Virus record (IMG/VR): IMGVR_UViG_2597489997_000001
Location: 32,001 to 96,000 of that record
Strand: one strand, 5' to 3'
Source: a virus
Lineage: Duplodnaviria > Caudoviricetes
DNA length: 64,000 bases
The notes under the pieces are model-generated. The model had not been told where the DNA came from. It searched no databases and saw nothing but the letters and a program-made list of their open reading frames with translations. Shown here piece by piece: positions 9,763-19,415 of the stretch (positions are counted from its first letter, which is position 1; the number at the start of each line of letters is the position of its first letter). Made by a program: the position numbers and the translations under genes.

Positions 9763-9798
9763 TATTACTGGACCTACCATAAGGTAGGTCTGGTAATA
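9763..9798 (+). terminator. intergenic hairpin
   Basis: tattac-tg-gacctacc-ataa-ggtaggtc-tg-gtaata; T-run about 15 nt downstream. Confidence 0.6.
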
Positions 9799-9841
9799 TT
9801 AAGATTACCCAATTATTTTTTTTCTCCGTTGAGGAAAGTGT

Positions 9842-11920
9842 ATGTCTGGAGTAGGTCCTTTTCTCTCTGAAAACTATGAGAGCGATCGCAATCTGTTAAA
9901 ACACGCGATCAGTCAGTACAGCATGATGGTTAGCCGTAGCCAAGGTTTAGATGAAGACGAAGTTAAACGAAACTTTGTTGAGTTCTTTAAAGGTAACAAA
10001 GATAAGTTCAAATCACTGAGAGCTAAGGTTATCGTTAAGAACAAGATGGAAGACCGTGAGATGAAAATCTTACCTTTGTCATCTGTCTTTAAATATGTTC
10101 AGGAAAAGAACTATCACTTATCTCCATCAATGGTGGCTTACACTCACTCTGATGAAGAAGAATGTGTTAACTCGATTGGTACCCGTCTATTCATCGATAA
10201 CCGATCCTACTATAAACAGTTGATGCAGAAAGCCCGCGACGCCGGTGACAACGAAAACCGTGATAAGTATAAAGAAATCCAGAACGCCTTTAAGATCTTT
10301 AACAACGCCCAATCCGGTGCCATGTCATCCGAAGGTACACCAATTAACAATAAGACGGGTCATACATCATTGACCTCTACTTGTCGTTGCTTAACATCTA
10401 CAGCTAACCTGATCAACGAACAGTTCATTGCCGGTAACCACTTCTATAACACACCAGAGAACACGTTACAGTCAATCATGGCTCGTCTACAGGTAACGGA
10501 TTACAAGCTGTTAGAAAGCGTTATGGAGAAGTACAAGCTGCATTATGCAACAACCGAAGACTTGATGGAATCCATTCATTATTGTTCACGTCGTTATTGG
10601 ACGTCAGCAAAACACATGGCGATCATCGAACACTTCTTAATGCACATTTCTCCGCTGGAACGTTCTGCGCTTCTTTATACCCTTGACCTGGTATCTTTGT
10701 TCAAACATAACAAAGAGTTCGTTAGTGGATTCTTCGATGAGTGGGTTTCTATGAATCCGCCTGAAGAAGGGAAAACAGAGAAAGATTACCTGGCTCCGGA
10801 TAACGGTGACAAGTACGTACTCTGTGTATCCAAACTCCACCGTAAACCAAGTAAGGTAGAGGTCAACGCACTGAACACTCGACATATGGAAGTTGAGGCT
10901 AAGTACTCAGACTTCATGAAGATCTTCTTCAACTCCCCAATTCCACCGTCTGGTCTGTTCGATGTAACTTCCTCTATCCGTGACTGTGTATTGACTTCCG
11001 ATACTGACTCCTCCATTTATACAGTGGACGAAATGATCGAAGCATATACTCATGACCGTGAGAAAGGTGTTAACCTGAACGGCGTTCTGACTTACTTCAT
11101 CCGCATGATCTCTGTTGACCAACACCAACAGCTCTCAGCTAACTTAAACGTGGCTAAGAAGAACCTGCGTATGCTGGGTATGAAGAACGAATACTATTTC
11201 GGTGCTTATGTTACCACGCTGATGTCCAAACACTATTATGCTAGCCAGCAGATGGTTGAAGGTGTTCGTAACTCAGAACCTGAAATGGAAATCAAAGGGG
11301 TTCACCTTAAATCTTCTAAGATCGCATCGAACATTAAAGACTTCGCTCAGAAACTCATGGGTGATACTTTAGATGCTATCGAGCACAAGAAGAAACTCAG
11401 CCCAGCTGAAACGCTGAAAGAGATTGGTGACCTGGAACGTACCATCGTTGATGACATTCAAGCTGGTGATTGGAAATGGTTATCTCGTCAGGGTGTTAAG
11501 GGTTCTGCTTCTTACTCTAAACCTATGGCATCGGTATACTTCTATCACGAACTGTGGGAGAATGTATTCGCTGAGAAATATGGTCCGGCTCCAGAACTTC
11601 CATACACTGGCGTTAAGATGTCAGTTGATTTGGGTAGTAAGACCAAGGTTAAGGAATTCATAGAACGTCTGGAAGATAAAGCATTAGCTGACCGCTTCTT
11701 GAAGTTCATGGAATCCACTGGTCGTACTGATTTGGGTAACTTGGTTGTTCCTATGGAACGTATGCAGTTCCTTGCCGACATTCCAATTGAGATCAAACAA
11801 GCTATCGATTATCGTACAGTAATCAAACAAAACCTGAAGTGTGTTTATGAAGTTCTGAACTCCACAGGCTTGTACTTTATGAATGATTCAATCAGTCGTC
11901 TGGTTAGTGACGAACACTAA
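9842..11920 (+). CDS. family-B DNA polymerase, polymerase-domain subunit (phiKZ gp50-like)
   Basis: Motif B QNAFKIFNNAQSG, motif C SDTDS, SKHYY, EIKGV. Confidence 0.92.
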   Translation: MSGVGPFLSENYESDRNLLKHAISQYSMMVSRSQGLDEDEVKRNFVEFFKGNKDKFKSLRAKVIVKNKMEDREMKILPLSSVFKYVQEKNYHLSPSMVAYTHSDEEECVNSIGTRLFIDNRSYYKQLMQKARDAGDNENRDKYKEIQNAFKIFNNAQSGAMSSEGTPINNKTGHTSLTSTCRCLTSTANLINEQFIAGNHFYNTPENTLQSIMARLQVTDYKLLESVMEKYKLHYATTEDLMESIHYCSRRYWTSAKHMAIIEHFLMHISPLERSALLYTLDLVSLFKHNKEFVSGFFDEWVSMNPPEEGKTEKDYLAPDNGDKYVLCVSKLHRKPSKVEVNALNTRHMEVEAKYSDFMKIFFNSPIPPSGLFDVTSSIRDCVLTSDTDSSIYTVDEMIEAYTHDREKGVNLNGVLTYFIRMISVDQHQQLSANLNVAKKNLRMLGMKNEYYFGAYVTTLMSKHYYASQQMVEGVRNSEPEMEIKGVHLKSSKIASNIKDFAQKLMGDTLDAIEHKKKLSPAETLKEIGDLERTIVDDIQAGDWKWLSRQGVKGSASYSKPMASVYFYHELWENVFAEKYGPAPELPYTGVKMSVDLGSKTKVKEFIERLEDKALADRFLKFMESTGRTDLGNLVVPMERMQFLADIPIEIKQAIDYRTVIKQNLKCVYEVLNSTGLYFMNDSISRLVSDEH

Positions 11921-11942
11921 TAATCTTATGAAAACAATTTGA

Positions 11943-11971
11943 AACTCTACCCGGGATCACCGGGTAGAGTT
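11943..11971. terminator. hairpin between convergent genes
   Basis: aactctacccgg-gatca-ccgggtagagtt. Confidence 0.75.
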
Positions 11972-11987
11972 CCTGTTGTATGTGTGT

Positions 11988-13085
11988 TTATGAAACTTTT
12001 GCTTTAACGGTGTTCCAGAGATTGGTGAAGTGATCTGCCCAAACTTTATCCTTGATCTGTCCAACCTGAGTCTGTAATGGGAACTTATCGAAATAGATCC
12101 TCAGTTCAGAGTTCAGCTGACCATCAATAGTCCCAAGGAATACGTTATAGTCCAAATACTTCCTCACAAGCCCCAGAGAGCCCATTGTCCATATCCAGGA
12201 CATCTGCATAAAGAAGATGGATTTAAACGCCTCAGGGAAGTAGAAGCGGTTCTTATCCACTATTGGGTTGGTGACTTCATTAACCAGATAGAAGTTAGTA
12301 AATGACTTCATCTGAGTGCCCATGAATACCTTCTTCTTGAAGTTAACGTAATCCGCTAACTTACTTTCAAAAGCCTCATAGTTCCAGCTACCTTTAATAG
12401 CCTGGATCTTACCTTCATACTGATTTAAGTAATTGAGGTTAACCAGTTCGTTATGGTAGATGTAACAGTTCATTAACGGATAACCAGCAAGATACCCATG
12501 AGGGGAATTACCCCAAGCTTTCCCTTCCTTCAATGTTCTCCAGAACCCAATGATCAACGCATAAGGGTCAATCTGGACAATGGTGTATAAAGGACGGCTA
12601 GCACTGTAGTTCTGGGTATTGAGGAGTTGCATGATATCTAACCGCTGTAATGTATCAGTGGTATAGATCGGAACCAAAGGAACCAATTCATGTAAACTCT
12701 TACTGAGGTATTCATTAATTTGTACACGGTCGGGTTTGCCGAACGGAACAACCAGAAGAGTGTTGTGATTGTCTTCTGGGTATATGGACTTGATGTGGTT
12801 CTTTCCTCTATTATACAGGCTGGTCAAATCAGACAAGCTCGCATACTGTTGGAGTTTATTATCGATCACATTAATTAAGTATTCCGGAGACCATTCTAGG
12901 TTAACCGAAAAACTCAACAAGAACTGAACTAATGGATGTTGGTTAGGGAGTGTCCGATTGCCAAGGTCAATATAGTCTTTAAAACTATTATTGTTCCTCT
13001 GCATGATTCTGCGAAGGTTTCCTAATTCGCCATAATTCTGTATCGGATTGCTCACCCCATTATTGGACAATGTGAAATATGACAT
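11988..13085 (-). CDS. conserved protein, phiKZ gp52-like (probable virion protein)
   Basis: 365-aa minus-strand ORF between polymerase and chimallin; assigned by synteny. Confidence 0.65.
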   Translation of the reverse strand: MSYFTLSNNGVSNPIQNYGELGNLRRIMQRNNNSFKDYIDLGNRTLPNQHPLVQFLLSFSVNLEWSPEYLINVIDNKLQQYASLSDLTSLYNRGKNHIKSIYPEDNHNTLLVVPFGKPDRVQINEYLSKSLHELVPLVPIYTTDTLQRLDIMQLLNTQNYSASRPLYTIVQIDPYALIIGFWRTLKEGKAWGNSPHGYLAGYPLMNCYIYHNELVNLNYLNQYEGKIQAIKGSWNYEAFESKLADYVNFKKKVFMGTQMKSFTNFYLVNEVTNPIVDKNRFYFPEAFKSIFFMQMSWIWTMGSLGLVRKYLDYNVFLGTIDGQLNSELRIYFDKFPLQTQVGQIKDKVWADHFTNLWNTVKAKVS

Positions 13086-13245
13086 TGATGGGAGCCCCAG
13101 AAAGCTATCAGTAATTTTTTACTGATAGATTGTATATTATGTAAACTAACATTCAAGCCACGTGCTTGAGTGTAAGACGGGAGTCGTACGTTTATTTGGC
13201 AAGTATACATACGATCAACTGTCAAATTTTTATGCGCCTATAATA

Positions 13246-13273
13246 TTTGAAGTCTATATTATTATGGTGTATA
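13246..13273 (+). promoter_or_regulatory. putative early promoter of chimallin
   Basis: tttgaagtctATATTATtatggtGTATA. Confidence 0.6.
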
Positions 13274-13348
13274 AGGAAACAAATGTTTTCTATATTTCTC
13301 CCACTAGTGTAAATTAACGTTAATTCATATATTAAGTAAGGAATAATT

Positions 13349-15256
13349 ATGTCCCTCGATACCATCAACAACGGCAACAACAACTCTTCTTCTAACAACG
13401 CTGGTAACTCTCAAATGAAAAGTTCCGAAAATGCTCTGTTCGCTCTGCTGGGTCAATCTAACCTGATCTCCTCTACTCACAACATCACCGAAGTTTCTGA
13501 TGTTGTTAAGTCCCTGGAAGAAATGGTTAAACACCTGGATAAGAACACCGCAAGCCAGGCGCAGAAACTGTCTCTGCCACGCAACATCCGTAACGTCACT
13601 TCCGACATCAGCCCGCAGCTGCCAGGTATCATCCTGTCTACCGTTGTTAACGCGACTGCATACGTTCAGCCGGTTCTGTTCTTCAAAGTGGGTGTAACTG
13701 AAGTTACCGAAACTATCGTTCTGGCTAACGAAGCAATGCCACGTGGTATCGCTAAAGTTCCAACTTCCTTCATGACTCAGGAAGTAATGGAAAAAGTGAA
13801 ATCCGCATACGCATTCGTTGACAGCAAACAAATGGACAAAGTTGTTATCCTGTCTCCAATGGTTCTGAACCTGGAGAAGTTCATCAAGAACTCTCTGAAG
13901 TACGAAGACATGATCGCCGACGTTCGCAACGTTCTGCTGAAAGAGTGGAACACTGGTCTGTACAACACCGTAGTTCTGGATGTTGCCAAAGCTGGTGCTG
14001 AATTCCCTAACCCGTTCAAAGACGGTAAACTGTTCGGTAAAGACGATGCAGCAGTAGCTCGTATCGAACCTATCAACAAACAGTCTATCGACGGCGTACC
14101 GGTTCCGTACAACCTGGCAGTTAAACTGGCTACCACCAACAAAAACAACACTCAGAACATGAACAGCAACAACACTAAGTCTGTTGCAACTTCTTACCTG
14201 ACTGTTAGCCTGGAAGCGATGTCTCAGCAGCAGTTCATGGCTGCGAAGATGGCTCGTCCTGGCGCAAACGTTGGACCTCTGGTTCCAGTGATCTCTACCG
14301 GCGTAACCGTACCAGGCGAAACCCTGAACAACAACAACTCCATGTTGACCGCAGCACTGGGTCTGTACGCATCTATCGGTGCAAACCAGATGCAGTTCTT
14401 CTCTGAAGCATTCCGTGGTAAAGAAGTGGGTCACCGTGGTAACCTGTCTAACTTCAACTACTACCTGTCTCAGATCCTTCAGGGCGCGTACAGCACTCCT
14501 CAGTTCATCACTGATAAGAACATCACCAACGCCAACGCAGTTAACGACTGGCTGCAACGCTATGTAGCTCCGAACGCAGTATACGTTCTGGATCTGGGTA
14601 GCTTCGGTGAAGATGTTTCTAACTCTGATTTCTGGTGGAACGTGATCGTTAAGCCTTCTGGCTCTACTTATCACCGTGCGCTGGTTAACCTGCTGGACGT
14701 TCTGTCTGGTGGCGCATTCAGCAAAATCGCTGCTGAGAACGCATCTAAGCCAAACCGTGATCCACGTAAAGACTGGGCACCTGGCGATGCAATCCTGAAA
14801 CCAACCAACATCATCATGCCTTCTGGTATTGCACAGGGTAAAGATGGTAAGTGGTTCGACCTGGCAGAAGTTGACGGCATGTTCCTGCGTCAGGACAACT
14901 ACTACGGTCAGAACGAAATCGCTGTAAACGAATACCTGGGTCTGGTATGTGGTTCAATGGGCGGCGATGCGAAAGTTCGTCAGTTCAACATCTACAACCG
15001 TCTGAACCAGCTGTTCGGCACCAACGTAATCGTTGATGGTTGGAAACGTCGTTTCGTGTGGGAAGATTCCTTCTTCAACACCTTCGCTAAAGCGATGGCT
15101 TCTGCTGGTATGCTGTCTATGTCTGCATCTAACCTGGGTGCAATGTGGACTCACCAGTTCAGCAACGACTACCTGACCAGCACCATGACTGCAATGCTGT
15201 CTCAGAACTTCGGTTCAGGCGCAATGGCATTCAACGGCGGTTACTCCCACTACTAA
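13349..15256 (+). CDS. chmA: chimallin, major phage nucleus shell protein
   Basis: 635 aa, very strong codon bias, TAAGGA RBS, directly upstream of the nvRNAP beta' subunit as in Chimalliviridae; flexible N/C termini. Identity rests on size and synteny. Confidence 0.88.
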   Translation: MSLDTINNGNNNSSSNNAGNSQMKSSENALFALLGQSNLISSTHNITEVSDVVKSLEEMVKHLDKNTASQAQKLSLPRNIRNVTSDISPQLPGIILSTVVNATAYVQPVLFFKVGVTEVTETIVLANEAMPRGIAKVPTSFMTQEVMEKVKSAYAFVDSKQMDKVVILSPMVLNLEKFIKNSLKYEDMIADVRNVLLKEWNTGLYNTVVLDVAKAGAEFPNPFKDGKLFGKDDAAVARIEPINKQSIDGVPVPYNLAVKLATTNKNNTQNMNSNNTKSVATSYLTVSLEAMSQQQFMAAKMARPGANVGPLVPVISTGVTVPGETLNNNNSMLTAALGLYASIGANQMQFFSEAFRGKEVGHRGNLSNFNYYLSQILQGAYSTPQFITDKNITNANAVNDWLQRYVAPNAVYVLDLGSFGEDVSNSDFWWNVIVKPSGSTYHRALVNLLDVLSGGAFSKIAAENASKPNRDPRKDWAPGDAILKPTNIIMPSGIAQGKDGKWFDLAEVDGMFLRQDNYYGQNEIAVNEYLGLVCGSMGGDAKVRQFNIYNRLNQLFGTNVIVDGWKRRFVWEDSFFNTFAKAMASAGMLSMSASNLGAMWTHQFSNDYLTSTMTAMLSQNFGSGAMAFNGGYSHY

Positions 15257-15287
15257 TACGTAGTGTGTAAGTTGTAAAGTGTAAACG

Positions 15288-15324
15288 ACAAGGAGAGCGG
15301 GTGCAAGCCTGTTCTCCTTGTTTT
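15288..15324 (+). terminator. intrinsic terminator after chmA
   Basis: acaaggagagcgggt-gcaa-gcctgttctccttgt followed by ttt. Confidence 0.75.
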
Positions 15325-15347
15325 ACTTTAGAGAGGTTTATTTTTTA

Positions 15348-16940
15348 ATGACTAATACCGTAGCCGACATTCTGAACAAGTTCTCTGATGAGAATATGAT
15401 TCCTTCTATCTTGTTCGATACAATGTTGAAAGACACCGGCATTAAACATCCTGGCGACGACGAAAGTTTCTATTCACCACTGTATCCTGACTTCGAAGAC
15501 TTCGATCTCAAACACGATACATCTATAGTTGCTCCGGTATATCTGAATGACTTCGACTTTAACATCGAAGAAGACCGCGAAGCAATCATCGAACTTCTGC
15601 GTACCGAATTCGAAGGTAACAACTTTGACACCGTAGCGAGCTGTCAATGTAAGAAGTATCGTTGGAATGGTTATCTGGGTTCTGAGTTCGTTTGTGATAA
15701 CTGTGGGCATAAGGTCACCAAACCCCTTACTGCTCGTATTGAAACCAAAGTCTGGTTAAAACGTCCAGCTTATGTATCTGGATTTGTTAGTCCAGCCATG
15801 TATGCTGTATTCTTTAGTAAGCTCAATACCAAATCTCCGAAAGTAAACTTAGTTGACTACTGGGTGAACTCTCAGATTCGTAATGAGAAACGTTTTAAAG
15901 ATCCAGCCAACAATGCGTTTAAGATTGCGGCTAAACTGGAAGCCTTCCGCAATACACTGGGAATTGAATTCGGGTATAACAGTTTCATCGACAACATCGA
16001 CCTGATCATCCGTGGTGCAGTTGAACACGATGTGAGTAAGGTACTGGACCTGACTGAAAATGACCGTCGTCATTATGCGTTGTTCTGGGAACGTTATCGT
16101 ACCAAAGCTGTATTTAAGTATCTCCCACTCCCTAACAAAATCACCACAGTCGTTGAATCGGATCAACGTGACCGCTATGTAAACAAAGAGCAAACAGATC
16201 TGGATAAGATCTACTTTACTCTGGCTGACACCTATCCGATCGATGATGTTCGAGCTGATGAGAACGAAGACTTAATGGGCCAGAACCTGAAACCATTAGT
16301 CGATGCATTAGCTGAAGTACAGAAGAACATTCTGTTCGGTAAGAAAGGTATGATTCGCTATCATGCTGGCGCAGGTAAGTTGCCATTTACTGGTCGTTCT
16401 ATTATTACCGGTGAATCTGGCGTCTGTCGTTCTGATACAATCATTCTTCCTTGGTTGTATGGTCTGACTTGTCTGGATAAACATCTTACGAACTGGTTGT
16501 ATCGTAAGGGTTATACTCCGATGAAGATCAAGGAGATTATCCGAACAGCTGCTCACACCCGACATCCTGTAATCGAAGAGTTCTATAACTGGATCGAAAC
16601 CAATCGCTATGCGATGGCTACGGCTGGTCGAAATCCATCGATTCAATATCTGTCTGCTCGTGGGTTCTTCGTTAAGTTCAACCGTGATCTTGACGATAAG
16701 TCCATCCGTATTCCAATCACCACCGTTAAGGAGTTTGGTGCGGACTTCGATGGCGACCAGATGTACGTTATCTTCATCCCGGATATGATTTCTAAAGCGG
16801 AAGCATATTCTAGCTGGGGTCACCATCAGATGTTGGACCCGAATAAGCCATTTAAGGTTTCTCGTTTCGGTACCCATACCAAAACTAACTTATTAAATAT
16901 CAACTCGTTGTTACTTAACGAACCAATTGAGGAGAGTTGA
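15348..16940 (+). CDS. non-virion RNA polymerase beta' N-terminal/catalytic subunit (phiKZ gp55/56.1-like)
   Basis: Zn finger CQC...CDNC, KKGMIR, GRSII, RNPS, catalytic ADFDGD; GAGG RBS before ATG 15348. Confidence 0.93.
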   Translation: MTNTVADILNKFSDENMIPSILFDTMLKDTGIKHPGDDESFYSPLYPDFEDFDLKHDTSIVAPVYLNDFDFNIEEDREAIIELLRTEFEGNNFDTVASCQCKKYRWNGYLGSEFVCDNCGHKVTKPLTARIETKVWLKRPAYVSGFVSPAMYAVFFSKLNTKSPKVNLVDYWVNSQIRNEKRFKDPANNAFKIAAKLEAFRNTLGIEFGYNSFIDNIDLIIRGAVEHDVSKVLDLTENDRRHYALFWERYRTKAVFKYLPLPNKITTVVESDQRDRYVNKEQTDLDKIYFTLADTYPIDDVRADENEDLMGQNLKPLVDALAEVQKNILFGKKGMIRYHAGAGKLPFTGRSIITGESGVCRSDTIILPWLYGLTCLDKHLTNWLYRKGYTPMKIKEIIRTAAHTRHPVIEEFYNWIETNRYAMATAGRNPSIQYLSARGFFVKFNRDLDDKSIRIPITTVKEFGADFDGDQMYVIFIPDMISKAEAYSSWGHHQMLDPNKPFKVSRFGTHTKTNLLNINSLLLNEPIEES

Positions 16941-17611
16941 TGAACGCAACAAGTGCATTCACTCGAGCTTGTAGTGGATCCATGACGGAAGCTTCTGCTG
17001 GAGCATTCAATAACTTTATGAATGGCTTCTATGAGAAGTATGACAATCTGTCGGGCTGGCTTGGTGAAACACTGACTTCCGTTAAAGACGCTCATAATAA
17101 CTTTATGAGTAGCCGTATGTGGGAATTCAGTAACCGAGTCAATGGTAAAGATGGTACATATGTAGGTCGTTTCGAAATCGGCTATCTGTCTGAAGTTAAG
17201 TATCAACAACAGGCGACTGGTTTCATGCGAGATTACATTATGGCCAACCCACTGTTGATGGGTCTTTATGAAGAAGATCGTGTATCTGGTTATGACGGTG
17301 ATTTCAATGCCCTCTGTTCTGGCATTGGACGTGATAACTATTTCTTCAATAAGGCTAACGACGGTAAGGTCATCTTCGATGCAGAGAAAGAAACTCTGAA
17401 CAGAACTGTCTATACCAGCTCACGTGATCAACTGACTCACCTCGGATTCTCTGAGCGTGTTGACATCCACCGTACTTGGCAGGCTACCAATCTCCATATC
17501 GCTAAAGGTCTATTTGACCCAACTAGCATCACTGGTGGGAATATCCTGTCTCTGGAAGAAGTTGAAGAACTGCGTCAGCAACGTGAGGAGCGATCGAGCT
17601 CTGAAGAATAA
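16937..17611 (+). CDS. conserved protein, phiKZ gp59 (Imp3)-like by position
   Basis: YIMANP...GY...DPTS motifs; synteny. Confidence 0.6.
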   Translation: MMNATSAFTRACSGSMTEASAGAFNNFMNGFYEKYDNLSGWLGETLTSVKDAHNNFMSSRMWEFSNRVNGKDGTYVGRFEIGYLSEVKYQQQATGFMRDYIMANPLLMGLYEEDRVSGYDGDFNALCSGIGRDNYFFNKANDGKVIFDAEKETLNRTVYTSSRDQLTHLGFSERVDIHRTWQATNLHIAKGLFDPTSITGGNILSLEEVEELRQQREERSSSEE

Positions 17612-17619
17612 CTAGAATT

Positions 17620-17649
17620 GTAATAGGGTGGAAACACCCTATTACTTTT
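17620..17649 (+). terminator. intrinsic terminator
   Basis: gtaatagggtg-gaaa-caccctattac-tttt. Confidence 0.8.
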
Positions 17650-17688
17650 CACACATCGCTTATTTTTTTTTGTTTCAAACGGAGAGTT

Positions 17689-18114
17689 ATGGACCTCGTA
17701 ACTAACACCCACCTTAAAGTGCCAAACATTAAGCGTTCTGATGTAGAGCGTTTAATCCTTGAAAATAAAATAGATGACGAGGGTAGAATGCTTGTACATA
17801 AGGACGACCTGGTTAATGTAAAACGCCCAGCCGATAACCCAAACCGCTTTAAAGCTTATAATGCCAAAGGTACCAAATTGGGTGTTATTGAATTTCAGCA
17901 AGGTTTTGTGGATGAAGAGAAAGGTGCCAATGGTTTGACTAATGAAGCAGTCATTGCAATTGCATTAGACCGTATCAAGTCACAAAACCAAGGCAAGTTC
18001 AAATCCCCACAGAACGATGCTGCCATCGAATGTCTTCAGGGTGCATTAGTTGCCCTGCGCCATCGTAATGATGACCGCAAAGAACGTGGTGTATCTAACA
18101 CGGATCAAAAATAA
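17689..18114 (+). CDS. tad1: Tad1-family anti-Thoeris/anti-CBASS nucleotide sponge
   Basis: [60 protein letters not shown] matches the Tad1 pattern FQxG...G...+..DRL......F.S.EN..A.......R..DR.ER.V. Confidence 0.82.
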   Translation: MDLVTNTHLKVPNIKRSDVERLILENKIDDEGRMLVHKDDLVNVKRPADNPNRFKAYNAKGTKLGVIEFQQGFVDEEKGANGLTNEAVIAIALDRIKSQNQGKFKSPQNDAAIECLQGALVALRHRNDDRKERGVSNTDQK

Positions 18115-18123
18115 GGTATATAA

Positions 18124-18585
18124 ATGAAAGGCCAAGGTTACTGCGAGTTGCAGGTTGATCTTTCCAGCGGACTTAAAATCTCCAAAGCTATCGGCAATAT
18201 CGCCGATGATTGTGGTGGAGCTATTCCCGCCAATAAACTTCATGCAACGATTATGTACGACGTCCGTAATCCTGATATCTTTCCGCCGAAATCCAATGCG
18301 GTTTATAACGCTAAAGTTATCGGGATTAAGACACTGGGTAAACCAGGTGACAAATGGTACGCCTGTGCTCTGGAATTAAATTGTCCAGAAATACATGCCC
18401 GCCATAAAGAACTGGTTAAAGCCGGTTACGTTCATTCATACGACGACCTCCTTCTTCATGTCTCTTTGTCTTACGGAGAAGCCACTTCTGTAATTGCACC
18501 ACAACTGGAGCAGATGTTTGCAGAAGGTAAACTCCCAGAGACTATTACGTTATGTAATGAGACATGGGATACGTTGGAAGATTGA
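18124..18585 (+). CDS. acb1: Acb1-family (T4 gp57B-like) 2H phosphoesterase, anti-CBASS nuclease
   Basis: Two HxT/S motifs: PANKLHATIMY and RH...GYVHSYDDLLLHVSLSY (T4 57B from memory: PREKIHSTICY, RH...GATHDFDDYTPHITLSY). Confidence 0.88.
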   Translation: MKGQGYCELQVDLSSGLKISKAIGNIADDCGGAIPANKLHATIMYDVRNPDIFPPKSNAVYNAKVIGIKTLGKPGDKWYACALELNCPEIHARHKELVKAGYVHSYDDLLLHVSLSYGEATSVIAPQLEQMFAEGKLPETITLCNETWDTLED

Positions 18586-18670
18586 TGGATGTAGGAGGGT
18601 ATGGATACTCTTCTTTAATAAAAGGAGTTACCCAGGGAAGTGAATAGGTTTCCGATTTCACTTGGATGAT

Positions 18671-18698
18671 TTCTCAGACCTATATTACCTAAGTGATA
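18671..18698 (+). promoter_or_regulatory. putative early promoter
   Basis: ttctcagacctATATTACctaagtgata. Confidence 0.55.
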
Positions 18699-18742
18699 AA
18701 CCTAAACAGTTTAAACCTTATTTCAATATAGAGAGAAAACTT

Positions 18743-18904
18743 ATGTTCTTTAATAGCCCAGATGACCTCGTTGTAATGGCCTCAGCATTCTTCACCGGTA
18801 TCGGTGCGTTAGTTTTCGGATGTGCCGGATACTACGGTATCAAAGGCGCTATCCGCAACATGCTGCATCCTCAGAATGTTCAAGCTGTACGCAACAAGCA
18901 TTAA
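18743..18904 (+). CDS. small single-pass membrane protein (53 aa)
   Basis: GAGAG upstream of ATG 18743; hydrophobic LVVMASAFFTGIGALVFGCAGYYGI, basic tail; own promoter and terminator. Confidence 0.65.
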   Translation: MFFNSPDDLVVMASAFFTGIGALVFGCAGYYGIKGAIRNMLHPQNVQAVRNKH

Positions 18905-18912
18905 TCCAGGTA

Positions 18913-18938
18913 CAGCATCCTCCGTTAGGGGGATGCTG
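18913..18938 (+). terminator. hairpin
   Basis: cagcatcctcc-gtta-gggggatgctg; T-run at about 18953-18966. Confidence 0.6.
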
Positions 18939-19004
18939 ACCTATATCATATGTTTATTTTTTTTTGTCATCTTTTGATTGATTATCTTTGATGAGGAAGA
19001 GACA

Positions 19005-19415
19005 ATGCCAAAGGGTGTCGTTGCCACAATGGATACCGTCGGGTTTATACAAGAACCCGGTATCAAAATAGACCGTGCCATCGCGTACTGGTTTGCTAAC
19101 CGTATTGACCAATGTATCATATTGAGGAATGTTAAGTCCTATCAGTATGTTGTCGCTAAGCACCAAGATGACAAGAAAGGGGAAGAAAGATTCCTCGAAG
19201 ATATACAAAAGAACTTGCGCGAGTATCTCTTGCAAATCTTTGATGCTGTCTCTGTCAATGCCTGGGCTAAACGAGAACAAGAGGGGGACAAGATGTTCTC
19301 ACTTATTCTCTCTGGGATAGTTGAGCAAGATGGTAAGAAATATGACCTTGCCCACGCAGTATCTGTGAATGGCGAGACTTATAAACTAATTGATATTGGA
19401 AGAGGTTTACGTTAA
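19005..19415 (+). CDS. conserved protein (phiKZ gp61-like by position)
   Basis: GAGGA RBS; synteny. Confidence 0.6.
   Translation: MPKGVVATMDTVGFIQEPGIKIDRAIAYWFANRIDQCIILRNVKSYQYVVAKHQDDKKGEERFLEDIQKNLREYLLQIFDAVSVNAWAKREQEGDKMFSLILSGIVEQDGKKYDLAHAVSVNGETYKLIDIGRGLR

Noticed and set aside
13325-14674. 449-aa antisense ORF opposite chimallin
   Set aside because: Shadow of strong codon bias (few TTA/CTA/TCA codons on the sense strand); no RBS or motifs
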